Assembly: GCA_963798845.1 (NCBI GenBank)
Contig: CAWCUS010000006.1
Location: 416,001-480,000 of the forward strand
DNA from: an uncultured Gemmatimonadales bacterium
GTDB lineage: Bacteria; Gemmatimonadota; Gemmatimonadetes; Longimicrobiales; RSA9
DNA length: 64,000 nucleotides
Direction: 5' to 3'
Position 1 is the stretch's first letter. The number at the start of each line of letters is the position of its first letter. The position numbers and the translations under genes are program-made. The notes beneath the pieces were generated by a model that was not told the origin of the DNA, ran no database searches, and saw only the letters and a program-made list of their open reading frames with translations. Shown one piece after another: positions 8,901-17,960 of this stretch.

Positions 8901-11900
8901 ACCAGCCGCTGGACCCGCGCGTCCGTGACCGACGGCACCGGCCCGCCGCCCTCGAGGGAGAGGGTCGTCCCGGACACGGCAGCGACGCGGACGCGTTCGC
9001 GGCCGCCGGCGCCGCCCGGGCCCCAGCTCACCTCCACCGTCTCCCCCACGCCGAAGCGCGGGAAGGCCACGTCCACAAGCCCGCCCGGCCCCTCGGCCCG
9101 CGCGTGCACCACCAGCCGGTCGGCGGCCAGCCGCTCCGCTTCGTACCTGAACCCATCGGCGCGCAGCAGCACGGCCTGCACGCCGTCTCCAGTCACCGGC
9201 ACGACCCTGTCGAACGTGGGCGCTACACGGACCCGGGTCACCACGACGGGCGTGGCCGTGCCTGCCCCTGTGAGCAGGACCACGTGCCCCGGCCGAGGAG
9301 CGGTTTTCTGCGCCCCCGGAGCGAAGCTGCCGGTGCCGTGGTCGCCGGCGAGCGTGAGCCCGGAGTAGAGCGCAGTCGCGGCATCCGGCACCCCGGGCGT
9401 GGCGGCCGCCGCCACACGGTCGAGCCGGAGCGCGTCGGCACCGTCCACCGCGGCCGCCGGCTCGGCGACGAGGCTCGCGGCGGAGATGATCCCCCGGTTC
9501 TCGATCGGCCGGGTCCCCGGCCTCGTGAGGAATCGCTCGACAGTCCATGGCCCCGCGCCGGCGATGGCCCGGTCCAGCACTACGGCATCGTAGGTCGGCG
9601 CCCCGGTCACCCGCCGCGCCGCGGGGCCGCCCGTCCCCTCGAACCGGAGCACCGTGGTCCCGGCGGCCCCGTCGGGAGCCACGCCCGGCGCCTGTGGCGT
9701 GTAGGTGACTCTCGACTCCGGCTCCGCGGCGCCGGCACGCGTCCCGAGCGCGGCCCCCGCAGTCACCCTGAAGTAGTCCACCGGCCCCGCCCCGGCCGCG
9801 CTGATGTCGCGATCGAGCTGCACGCGCGCGGGATCGCTGGCGTCGACGACGACGACCGGGATCTCCTGGCCGCTCCCTCGCACCAGTCCCATCGTTCCCG
9901 CGGCTGGCGGCGAGGCGGCCGAGAAGTCGAGCCGATCGGCGCCCGCCACCGGGACCGACGCCCCCGTGGGCGCCACGGTGGTGCGGCGAAGCTGGATGGG
10001 GCCCGTCATCCCACCGGGGAGCGGACGGTCCAGCGGCAACCGCGCCTCCAGGCGGTCGACCCTCGCCGCCGTGACGTCGGTCCCGGACGTCAGCCGCAGC
10101 AGATCGCGGGCTGCGTACGTCGCCGTGGCCCCCGCCGCCGTCAGGCCGTTCGTCACGGCCGGCTCGGCGCCGCGGACCTCCGACGATGCAGGAGCATTCT
10201 GGAGCAGCGTCACGGTGACGCCGGCGGGCCCGACGGCCGGGGCGTCGTCGTCGAAGCGGACGAGCTGCTGCGTTCCCTGAAGGCTGGAGCTGACGACGCG
10301 CGTGATGAGCAGGTCGCCCCCGCCGTCGGACAGGAGGACCAGGTCGTCCTCGGCCGGGAGGGTGCCGATCACCGGGAGGAGCATGGTGGCCCGGCGCTCC
10401 AGCGTGCCCAGCGCTACGCGCCCGCCCGGCGCCAGCTCGTCCAGAGGGCACGGCCGCGGGGCGAGCGTGGTCAGGGCGTTCGGCAGGTGGAACCCGCCGG
10501 CAGGGAACCGCGGGACCACACCGCCGGGGCAGACCGGCGACGCCCGTCCGCCCTGACGGCTCCAGTCGCCCGCGTTGGCGAAGCCGCCTCCCGCGTCGCG
10601 CATGCCCCGCAGGAGGAACGGCTGCTCGTCCTTCGGGCGGCCGCGCAGCAACGTGCCGTAGAGCGTGGGCTCGTACACGCCGCGGGGGTCCACCACGAAC
10701 GCGCGCTGGAGATCCTCGAACTCGGATGCGGGCGACCAAACGATGTGCTGCGTGGTGAAGGCTCGCCCGCCCGTCAGCCACGCCAGGAAGCCGTCACGCC
10801 GCACCGCGAACGATCCCAGCCGGTCGGAGCTGGTCAGCCCCTCGCTGCTGCCGAAGTCGCCCAGCTGGAAGCCGGTGAAGAGGCTCGCGAAGAGGTTGAA
10901 CCACCAGTCGATCCCGAAGAAGCTGACCAGGTTGTTCTGGAGCGACCACGTAAGGTCGCTGAACACCAGCCAGCCGGAGATCCCGCCGGTCGGATCGCCA
11001 CGACCCACCGGGTCTCCGCGGCACACCGCGTACTGCCCCCAGGCGCCCGGGTGCGAAGCCCCGCCGGACATCGGATCCGTCGCCTCGGCGGAAAACGGGC
11101 CGGTGGCCCGGCCGGACAACGGGCCGGTGGCCTCGCCGGACCAGGGGCCGGTCGCCTCGGCCGGCAGCGGCCCGGTATACACGCCGCGCTCGCCCCGGCG
11201 CGGGTCGCCGGGCCCGCCGTGCAGCGGGTCGGGCGCGCAGAACGACCCCGTGAGCGGGTCCACGGCCCGGAGCGGCAGGTGGACGAGCCCGTCGGCCACC
11301 ACGCCGCCGAACAGCCCGGGCACACGGTCGTGCTGGAGGAGCGCCTCGCCGAACGCGTCGCGCGGGACCCGTATGACCCGGTCGCGGCCGATGACGCGGA
11401 CGGGCGTGGCCGAGGGATCGAGGCTGAACACGGCGGCGAGCGGCTCGCCCGGCGCCCCGTCGATGCGGGCGAGGCAGCGGTGGCCGTCCCAGAGATAGAC
11501 GCAGAGGACGTCGCCCCTGGGTCCCGTGACCGCCCATACCCGCCCCGCCGGGTCGCGGTGGTAGCGCCGCCCGGGAAGGCGGCGTGCGTCGCGACGAACC
11601 CCCGCGGCGTCATACTGGAAGGAGCGCGTGATGCCGTTCTCTCCCATGGCGCGGATCCGTCCGGCGCCGTCGCGGCCGAGGATCCGGCGGCCGCCGGGCG
11701 AGACGATGCTCGCCAGCCCGCGCGCGCCGTAGGCGTAGGTCCAGGTGGCTGCGCTGCCGCCCGCCCCGTCCACCATGCCGATGACACGTCCCCGCTCGTC
11801 CCTGTGCACGCGCACGCCGTCGACTTCCCGCAGCTTCCCATCCTCGCCCCAGCGGTAGCGCTCGACCCAGCGGTGGTCCCCTGCGAACACCTCGCGGTCG

Positions 11901-12148
11901 AAGCCGTCGCTCCGCTTCGTCTCCCTGAAGACGACGAAGCCATCGTCGAACACCGTGCGGCCGTCGGCGGTCGCCCGGAGGTAGGTGCGATCGTCCGCGC
12001 GCACGGTCCGCAGGGCGCCCGTGGCTTCGTCGCGCTCCACGACGATCGAGGCGCCCGTGCCCGGCACGCTGATCCGGCTGGTGGTGAGCCCAGCCCCGGC
12101 TGCCGCGCCGGGGGCCGGCGTGCGCAGTTGCGCGGCGTCGTAGATCAC
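5939..12148 (-). CDS. RHS/YD-repeat protein with giant C-terminal cargo containing an HExxH zincin motif (putative CIS effector)
   Basis: YD-like repeats (YRWGEDGKL, HRDERGRV, YDAAG, HRDPAGR), RHS core end YAVCRGDPVGRGDPTG (~aa 385), HELTH at 8420-8434. GTG start overlaps the upstream stop. Confidence 0.8.
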   Translation of the reverse strand: MIYDAAQLRTPAPGAAAGAGLTTSRISVPGTGASIVVERDEATGALRTVRADDRTYLRATADGRTVFDDGFVVFRETKRSDGFDREVFAGDHRWVERYRWGEDGKLREVDGVRVHRDERGRVIGMVDGAGGSAATWTYAYGARGLASIVSPGGRRILGRDGAGRIRAMGENGITRSFQYDAAGVRRDARRLPGRRYHRDPAGRVWAVTGPRGDVLCVYLWDGHRCLARIDGAPGEPLAAVFSLDPSATPVRVIGRDRVIRVPRDAFGEALLQHDRVPGLFGGVVADGLVHLPLRAVDPLTGSFCAPDPLHGGPGDPRRGERGVYTGPLPAEATGPWSGEATGPLSGRATGPFSAEATDPMSGGASHPGAWGQYAVCRGDPVGRGDPTGGISGWLVFSDLTWSLQNNLVSFFGIDWWFNLFASLFTGFQLGDFGSSEGLTSSDRLGSFAVRRDGFLAWLTGGRAFTTQHIVWSPASEFEDLQRAFVVDPRGVYEPTLYGTLLRGRPKDEQPFLLRGMRDAGGGFANAGDWSRQGGRASPVCPGGVVPRFPAGGFHLPNALTTLAPRPCPLDELAPGGRVALGTLERRATMLLPVIGTLPAEDDLVLLSDGGGDLLITRVVSSSLQGTQQLVRFDDDAPAVGPAGVTVTLLQNAPASSEVRGAEPAVTNGLTAAGATATYAARDLLRLTSGTDVTAARVDRLEARLPLDRPLPGGMTGPIQLRRTTVAPTGASVPVAGADRLDFSAASPPAAGTMGLVRGSGQEIPVVVVDASDPARVQLDRDISAAGAGPVDYFRVTAGAALGTRAGAAEPESRVTYTPQAPGVAPDGAAGTTVLRFEGTGGPAARRVTGAPTYDAVVLDRAIAGAGPWTVERFLTRPGTRPIENRGIISAASLVAEPAAAVDGADALRLDRVAAAATPGVPDAATALYSGLTLAGDHGTGSFAPGAQKTAPRPGHVVLLTGAGTATPVVVTRVRVAPTFDRVVPVTGDGVQAVLLRADGFRYEAERLAADRLVVHARAEGPGGLVDVAFPRFGVGETVEVSWGPGGAGGRERVRVAAVSGTTLSLEGGGPVPSVTDARVQRLVPDDPGNGSSFLARDGEAGAAPGARIDFSVWQPDAFAEDSVVGIVQGDRTWPAVVTAASQDLRVDFGADPGLSGTADLAPVTVLGSVVAGRFVRDGDALLIADDTTGIASAAGELVLVTGYRDAGNTAAGAALSAGTLLVPEDETVEIDRRQSLTDHELTHTLQYSRWGPLWFCYFPMLLLELPVELATDAERPEFGPFFDGTLTAAGHSWDLALADGADPGLSVGDTVQIVQGASAVDTVVRGVDGRTLHLRTKDGSAVPPTGAVHARHRHDGDVWSGIVDALQLFTHGGLLNSVVGTTWGGILWALGKLFWGLGRAIGGSGDLYPASVQGPERRLVRLTSAEGQSGLADATQVIIRQGDVTVVRSGGVAGDLLTLQEPLTFDGDVQVARYASLDPGNAFAWFSYHAATVPDPDNPFRIEVPGHGGDFHEQDRIEIRYRDQTFRSYVMRVDGDAVEIEDRVPVTGGETSLRVAVVGASDPMGQADSYLATELGMGWMRWLFDPWGRIGLAVGPDPAWLNMVLRVVRYLVGTQMWSMLPVLGYVFYGRFFVAEHLARIEQEASQESGDLYTPLSRVTGEVRGADGFGNRELVVGDVARLRNWTLFRASSLIDATFQDGPGVHRLSQRLRVVVDRAPTAAAAEPNGAVETGGTDPAAALYDRFTAKNPSSPRGLASATNPLGFVPSALGYIPDAPTTVRHVGGYAAFTRPGSHRLTVENDIDPSGTSASQQAQEAREAQDRERQTVFFDVTARDVVVQVNGQAVADGGTIRLVHTQEALVTVAPDGVEAGARRFRATVTRPDDGPVLRIRNDRRLLAQDTDGAGEPVEVCRFYAFDPATGSYADPSLAAFGTHLGGDLYIPVRRFTVDVVATVPLRGSADPAAAALTELAQGAEGVLLVPTALRGAVSLTRIDGHAPGAGDPVPAVTRVDDPGEAVRAFLGTAGVAFTVRFPADPAVAGTVPVVLSIPVGVPGGLTSTLTASFDLVPA
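11061..11180. repeat. Five imperfect 24-bp tandem repeats (8 aa) inside the RHS core
   Basis: YTGPLPAE-ATGPWSGE-ATGPLSGR-ATGPFSAE-ATDPMSGG. Confidence 0.75.
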
Positions 12149-15100
12149 AGGCCGATGCTCCCGCCGACGCTGACGGAGCCGCTGGCTCCGGCGTGGCTCG
12201 AGGCGTAGCGAATGGACTCCAGCAGCGCGACGATCTCCGCCTTCACCGCCTCGATGGTGTCGTCGATGGCGTCGGCGACGGTGGGGGCGATGGCGTTCAC
12301 GGTCTCGATCATTCCGGGAACGTCCAGGTCGTTCAGCGCCTCGCCCACCGCGTCCAGCTCCTCGCCCACGCCTTCCAGCGCGTCCAGCGGCAGCAGGCCG
12401 GGGACGCGGTCGATCTGCGCCCGGATCGGTGCCAGGTCCGGGACCAGCCCCGCCGGGTCGAGCCCCCGCACCGCCGCCGCCGCCGCCGTCACCAGCTCGT
12501 CCAGCTCACGGGCGAAGACGGCAGGGTCGTAGGCCGTGAGCGCGGCCCGCACCGCCGCGTGGACCTCCGCCAGCTCGTCGGCCAGCCGGCGCGGGTTCAG
12601 GAGGTCCAGCTCCTCCCGCAGGACTTCGAGAACGACGAGCAGGCGCTGCGCCTGCGCGCCAGGGTTGTACCGGTCCACGAGGCGACGCACGCGCGCCTCG
12701 AACTCCGGCACCAGCGCCTGCAGCGTCGGCAGCGCATCCGCCGCCAGATCGAACGCCCGGGCGATCAGGGCATCGAACGCAGCAGCGATCGGCTCCGGGT
12801 CCAGCGCGTCCAGAAAAGCGTCCAGGTCCTCGCCGATGGAGGCGAGGGCGCACGACTCGAGCGCCCCGGCGACCCGGTCGATCCGGTGCGCCGCGCCTCC
12901 GCCGAGCCCCGCGACCGCTCCGCCCGCGCGCTCCGAAAGCAGCCCGAGGGCATCGTCCAGCTCGCGTTTCAGCGCTTCGCCGCTGACTCCGGCGACCAGC
13001 TCTCCCGACGCCTCCACATCGATGCCCGCCTCCGCGAGCACCGTGGCGTGGGCCGACAGCGACAGGTGCGCGTCCACCTGCGCCTCCGCCACCGGCCGCA
13101 GCAGCGCGTCCAGCTCCGACTCGAGACGCTCGTCGATCCCCATCAGCTCCGCCTGGAGCCGCCTCAGGTCCGCGGCCAGCCCGCCGCACAGCCGCTGGAG
13201 GCCGGTCAGCACCTGCCCAGCTCCGCCCGCCTCGAGGCTCCGGAGAGCCTCGTGCAGCCGCGCCGGTATGAAGCCGACGAGGCGGATGATGTCGCCGGGG
13301 CGGAGCCCCTCCGGCAGCGCCGGCACGCCGCCGACCCCGGCATCGGTGGGCGTTCCAGGCCGCGCCTGGCCGCCGCCCCCCGCCGCCCCGGTGCCGGCCG
13401 CGGCCGTACCTCCGCTCGCCGCGGCTCCGCCAGCCGACCCGGCCGCCGCCGCCAGCGGCGCCGCCGCCGCCCGGGTCGCGGCCTCGCCCGCCGTGGACAC
13501 CACCTGCCCGGCGCGGCTCGCGATGGTGGCGGGGTCGGGCACCGGGAGCTGACCGAGGAGCGAGTCGTACGCATCGATGGCCGGCCGGAGCAGCCGGTGC
13601 GGCTCGAGGCGGTCGAAGACCTCGACCAGGTCGGCGAAGGCGTCGGCCGCGGGCGCGACCAGGGCGGGCACGTCCACGGCTTCCAGCGGCGCGGCAACCG
13701 CGTCCAGCTGCTCCGAGATGCCCGCCGTCAGAGACGACAGGTCCATGGCAGTGAGCTGCTGAAACAGTCCGTCCAGCTCCGCCTGGAGGTCCTGCGCCAC
13801 GTTCTCGGGAATCAGGTTGCTGATGGTCTCGGCCACGGCGTCGAGCCCCTCCTGGACCGTGTCGCCCGCGTCCGGCGGAAGCTGGAGCAGGTCGGCCGCG
13901 GCGCGGAGCGGCTCGCCGATTGCGGACTCCAGGTCGATCGCCCGGACCTGCTCGGTCAGCTGCTCGACCACGGGGCGGAGCTCGTCGGGCAGCGGCGCGG
14001 CGGACAGGAGCTCGGACGCGGTCTCGCGGAGGGATGAGAGCGTCTCGACGACGGACCGGGTCGCTTCCTCGATCCCCGCGTCGTCGATGAGCGCCCGGAC
14101 CGCGTCCACGGCCTCGCGGAACGAGCGCAGTCCGTCGACGACCTGCGCCAGGATCGCGCTCGCTTCGGCGGCCAGCGCGTTGATCTGGTCGGTGATGGTC
14201 CCCAGCGCCGCCTCGACCTGGTCGAGCGCGTCCGACAGAAGGCCGGCCAGCTCGGCCGTGGCCTGGTTCACCACCTCCTCGAGGTCCAGGCTCTCCAGCG
14301 CCTCGGTCAGCGTGTCCAGCCCGCCCCGGATCTCGCGCGCCACCCGGTCGAGCTCGGCCCCGGCAATGGCGCGCGCGACCTCCTCGATCTGCGCCGTGAT
14401 GTCGTTGCGGATGCGCCGGATCGGCAGCTCCCGGAGCAGCCCCCGCAGCCAGGCCTCCAGCCGCTCGATCTGCTGGTCGAACACGGCGCCGATGCGCGCT
14501 TCCGCCTCGGTCTCGAACCGGTCCAGGATGGCGCGGGCGCCGTCGCGGGCCGCGTCGGCATCGAACCGCCCCATCCCGGCCGTGGCCTCCTCCAGGCGCT
14601 GGCGCCACTCGTTCAGGTCCTCGATCACGCCCAGCTCGGGGACGCGCAGACGGTCCGCGGCGTCGGCGATCACCTGGAGCGCGCGATCGAGCCCCAATCG
14701 GTCCAGCGCGGTCCCGACGCCCCGCAAGTCGTCGCCGAGGTGCCGGATCGTGTCCGCTCGGACCCTGGCCAGCTCCGCCAGCGCGGTGCGGAGCCCGTCG
14801 ATGTCGCCGGCATCGGCAGCCACGCGGACCTCGCCGAGCACCCGCACCACGCCCTCCACCCGCGTGGGCGTCAGCGCCAGCGCGCCCAGTCCGGTGAGCG
14901 CACCGTCCACCTGGCCGCGCACCTGCTGGAGGGCGTCGGTCGGAAACGGCAGGACGACCTCGAGGCCGAACTCCACCAGCGCCGCCGGGTCCGCCGGCAG
15001 CCCCCGCTCCACCGCGTTCAGCACGGCCCGCTGGCGGCCCACGTCCCGCGCGGTCCGGAGGGCGAAGTCGCTCACCCCTCCCGTCACGTCGCGGAGCGCC

Positions 15101-15473
15101 GTCCCGATGTCGCGATCGCCCGCGATCTCCAGCGCGTTGAGGTCGCCGTTCAGCCCCTCGACCACCGTGGCGATGATCCGGGCGCCTTCGCCGACGACGG
15201 AGACCACCTCCATGACGGCGCCGTCCTCCACCCGGATCTCCCCTGCCAGATCGCCGAGCGCCGAAAGCAGCGGCGCCACGAGCGCTTCCGGGTCGTCGAA
15301 GCCCGTGCGCGCCTGCTCGAGGATCGGCCCCAGGTCGCCCAGGATCGTGCTGGCCGGGCCGTCGCCCAGGAAACGCTGGAGCTCGTCCGACGAGATCGCC
15401 GTCGGAGATCAGGCCCGCGAGCGTCCAGAGTGGCCGACAGGTCGAGCCCGTTCAGGTCGTCCAGCACGCTCAC
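12145..15473 (-). CDS. Large acidic alpha-helical protein (tape-measure-like candidate); frameshift near 15400-15415
   Basis: Main ORF 12145..15279 extends upstream to ~15408. The coupled GTG at 15473 (MSVLDDLNGLDLSATLDARG) is 2 nt out of frame; removing two bases restores DARGLISTAISSDEL. Recurrent LDPxxL helical motifs. Confidence 0.65.
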
Positions 15474-17044
15474 GGCGTGTACTCCAGCGTCAGGTTCGTC
15501 ACCACTACATCGCAGAACTGGTCGGTGGACACCACCGGCGGCACGCCCCGGAACGCGGCCGGCGCCAGATCCTGGCGCAGGAGCTGGGTGCGCGGGCCGG
15601 TGAGCTCGAGCGTGTGGCCGGCGAAGCGGATGGTCTCGCCCGCCGGGTCGGCGCAGGTCACGGCGAAGCGGATCCGAGGCGCTCCGTCATCGAGCGCCAC
15701 CCAGTGGATCCGGCCGGCGGCCACAGAGGCCTCCACCGCGATGGAGCGGTCCACATTCAGCGGGTCCGGCAGCTCGACCCAGACCACCCGCGGCCGGGCG
15801 GCGGCGAACCCGTCCACCGGCTCCACGGTGGTCGTGGCGTGCGCAGTACCCAGCGGTCCAGCAGGCTGGTCGCCGACCACCTCCAGAACGCGGATCGACA
15901 GCTCCGCGAGATCGCGGACCACGGCCACCAGCCCGATCCGGCGCAATGTTTCGCCTCGCAGCGCTTGAGGCGGCAGCACCCGGACGACGGCCGCGTTCCC
16001 CGCCAGCACCGGCCCCCGGAGGTCCCCTGGCCGGTCCGGGACGGCGTCCGAGAGCGGGTGGAGGCGGAGCCCCCGGTGGCGGATCACCACGTCGCCCGCG
16101 GCGCGTGCCGGGGCCCGCGTGTCCAGCGGCGGCGCGGGGAGCGGCAGCGGTGCGTCGTCGCCATCGCACTCGGCGACCACCTTGTCCGTGAACCGTCGCA
16201 GGACCCGGCCGGCGGCCGCCACCCCCGCCGTCCTCACCTGCCCGGGCTTGCCCGACTTCACCGTGATGGTGGTTCGTGGTCCATCGCCGGCCGCGATCGC
16301 CGCTTCGAGCGCTCGCTTCAGCGGGGCCCGCAGGTCAATGGTGGTGGGAGCGGCCAGCCTGCCACGCTGGCGCCACACTGTCTGGCCCGAGGCATCCACC
16401 GCCTCCAGGTCCACCGGCTCCGGCGCTGCCCGGGCGCTGATGGAGTCCACGCGAAATTGCCTGGGCTGGAGCCCGTCCGGGAAATCGCCCGACAGGACCT
16501 GGAGCCGGACCCGAGCCGCGTCGACGTCGGGGAGGCGTAGCACCCGATCTTCGAGCGACCCGCCGGCCAGCATGCTCGGGATGACCCCACGGTTGAGATC
16601 CAGCGGCGGCACCGCGAACGCCGGCGCCGAGAACCCGTCGCCCTGGGGAACCGAGACCGCGACCCGCCAGCCATCCGGGAGGTCGCCTCCGTCGCGGACG
16701 GCAAGCCAGTCGCCGTCGAACACCTCCAATCCTTCGAGATGGAGCGAGCGAAGGGGTACGGGCCCGTCCGGCACGGTCACCACGGCTTCGGTCCCCTCCA
16801 GGGCGCCGACGAGCGTCCCGAGCGACCGCCCCGACGAGCCGCCGGCGAGCGGGTACACGGTCAGCGACGCCGCGTCGACCTCCACGGCCGTCGCACCGGA
16901 GATGTCCGGCCATGACACGTCGAAGCCCGCGCCCTGCGAGTCCACGCTCCACGTGGCCAGCAGCGTGGGCAGGCCGACCACCTGCACCGTCTCCACCGGC
17001 TCCGCCACGAGCCCCGCGCTCCGGCCCCGCACGCGCGCGCTCAC
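15470..17044 (-). CDS. Hypothetical protein of the contractile-tail operon (beta-rich)
   Basis: 524-aa ORF coupled on both sides by GTGA overlaps; no recognisable motif. Confidence 0.7.
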   Translation of the reverse strand: MSARVRGRSAGLVAEPVETVQVVGLPTLLATWSVDSQGAGFDVSWPDISGATAVEVDAASLTVYPLAGGSSGRSLGTLVGALEGTEAVVTVPDGPVPLRSLHLEGLEVFDGDWLAVRDGGDLPDGWRVAVSVPQGDGFSAPAFAVPPLDLNRGVIPSMLAGGSLEDRVLRLPDVDAARVRLQVLSGDFPDGLQPRQFRVDSISARAAPEPVDLEAVDASGQTVWRQRGRLAAPTTIDLRAPLKRALEAAIAAGDGPRTTITVKSGKPGQVRTAGVAAAGRVLRRFTDKVVAECDGDDAPLPLPAPPLDTRAPARAAGDVVIRHRGLRLHPLSDAVPDRPGDLRGPVLAGNAAVVRVLPPQALRGETLRRIGLVAVVRDLAELSIRVLEVVGDQPAGPLGTAHATTTVEPVDGFAAARPRVVWVELPDPLNVDRSIAVEASVAAGRIHWVALDDGAPRIRFAVTCADPAGETIRFAGHTLELTGPRTQLLRQDLAPAAFRGVPPVVSTDQFCDVVVTNLTLEYTP

Positions 17045-17949
17045 GCCCCGGCCTCCACCGCGAGCGTGAAGCGCGCCAGCTCGAGCCCGAGCGCCGCCGT
17101 CTCTCCTCCGCCTTGCAGCACGTGCACCACCACCCGGTCCACGGCCGCGTCATCCGGCGGCGTGTACGTGACCGTGACGACGCCGTCCGTCACGGTCAGG
17201 AGGCGACTCCCGTCGGGTCCATCATCGCCGCCCGACAGGCTTCCAGCGCCCGGGCCGCCGGCCTCGCCCAGGAGCTGGACGGCGAGCTGACCGAAGCTGT
17301 CGGAGGCCGGGCCATCGGAGCGGAGCCGGAGCGTGCCGGTCAGGTCCGCGGCGAAGCGAAGCTCCACCGGGTCCCCGCCGGCCCTGATGCGGGCGGGGAG
17401 CGCGTCGGGGGTGAGCGGCAGCGTTACCTGCCCCACCCTGACTTCCACGATCTGCACGCCCGCTTCCGCCTCGGCTCCCACCTGCCAGAACCAGCCGTCG
17501 GCCCGCAGCGTGAGGTGCGGCGGCGCGTCCTCTTCCGGACGGAGCCCTGGCCAGGATTCGTCGAGGGTCAGGGCGCTCAGCCGGAAGCCCTGGTCCGTCG
17601 CATCCACCAGCACCCGGGCCGACAGGTATTCCGGCGAGTCCAGCAGATAGAGCAGCGCGTCGATTCCGTCCATGACCTGCTCGCGGTCATTCGCGTTCTT
17701 CGGCTCGACGGTGATGGCGATGCTGCACCGAAGTCGGACCACGCGCTGTCGCTCCGGTGGCGCCGGGACTGGCTCGTGGCGGATCGCGCCGAAATCCGCA
17801 GGCAGCGGAGCGGCGTGGCGGACGCCCACCATCACGGCCGGCCCTGCGCCGCTCGGCGGATCACCCTCCACCCGTACGCGGCCGGCGAAAGGCGCGGGCA
17901 GATCGTTCCCCAGCACCGTCGCCAGCCGGTCTTCCAGCTCCGCGAGCAT
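17041..17949 (-). CDS. Probable tail terminator/cap protein (Pvc16/DUF4255-like N-terminus) with Ig-like C-terminus
   Basis: N-terminal helix LAELEDRLATVL, strand LRCSIAITV, helix EQVMDGIDALLYLL fit the terminator fold; operon context; RBS GGAGG. Confidence 0.5.
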   Translation of the reverse strand: MLAELEDRLATVLGNDLPAPFAGRVRVEGDPPSGAGPAVMVGVRHAAPLPADFGAIRHEPVPAPPERQRVVRLRCSIAITVEPKNANDREQVMDGIDALLYLLDSPEYLSARVLVDATDQGFRLSALTLDESWPGLRPEEDAPPHLTLRADGWFWQVGAEAEAGVQIVEVRVGQVTLPLTPDALPARIRAGGDPVELRFAADLTGTLRLRSDGPASDSFGQLAVQLLGEAGGPGAGSLSGGDDGPDGSRLLTVTDGVVTVTYTPPDDAAVDRVVVHVLQGGGETAALGLELARFTLAVEAGA

Positions 17950-17960
17950 TCGAGCCCTCC

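Noticed and set aside
7241..12208. 1655-aa plus-strand ORF and similar long shadow ORFs (e.g. 35843..41941, 49530..52694, 16912..19812)
   Set aside because: Antisense to well-supported genes, without motifs, and expected in very GC-rich DNA.
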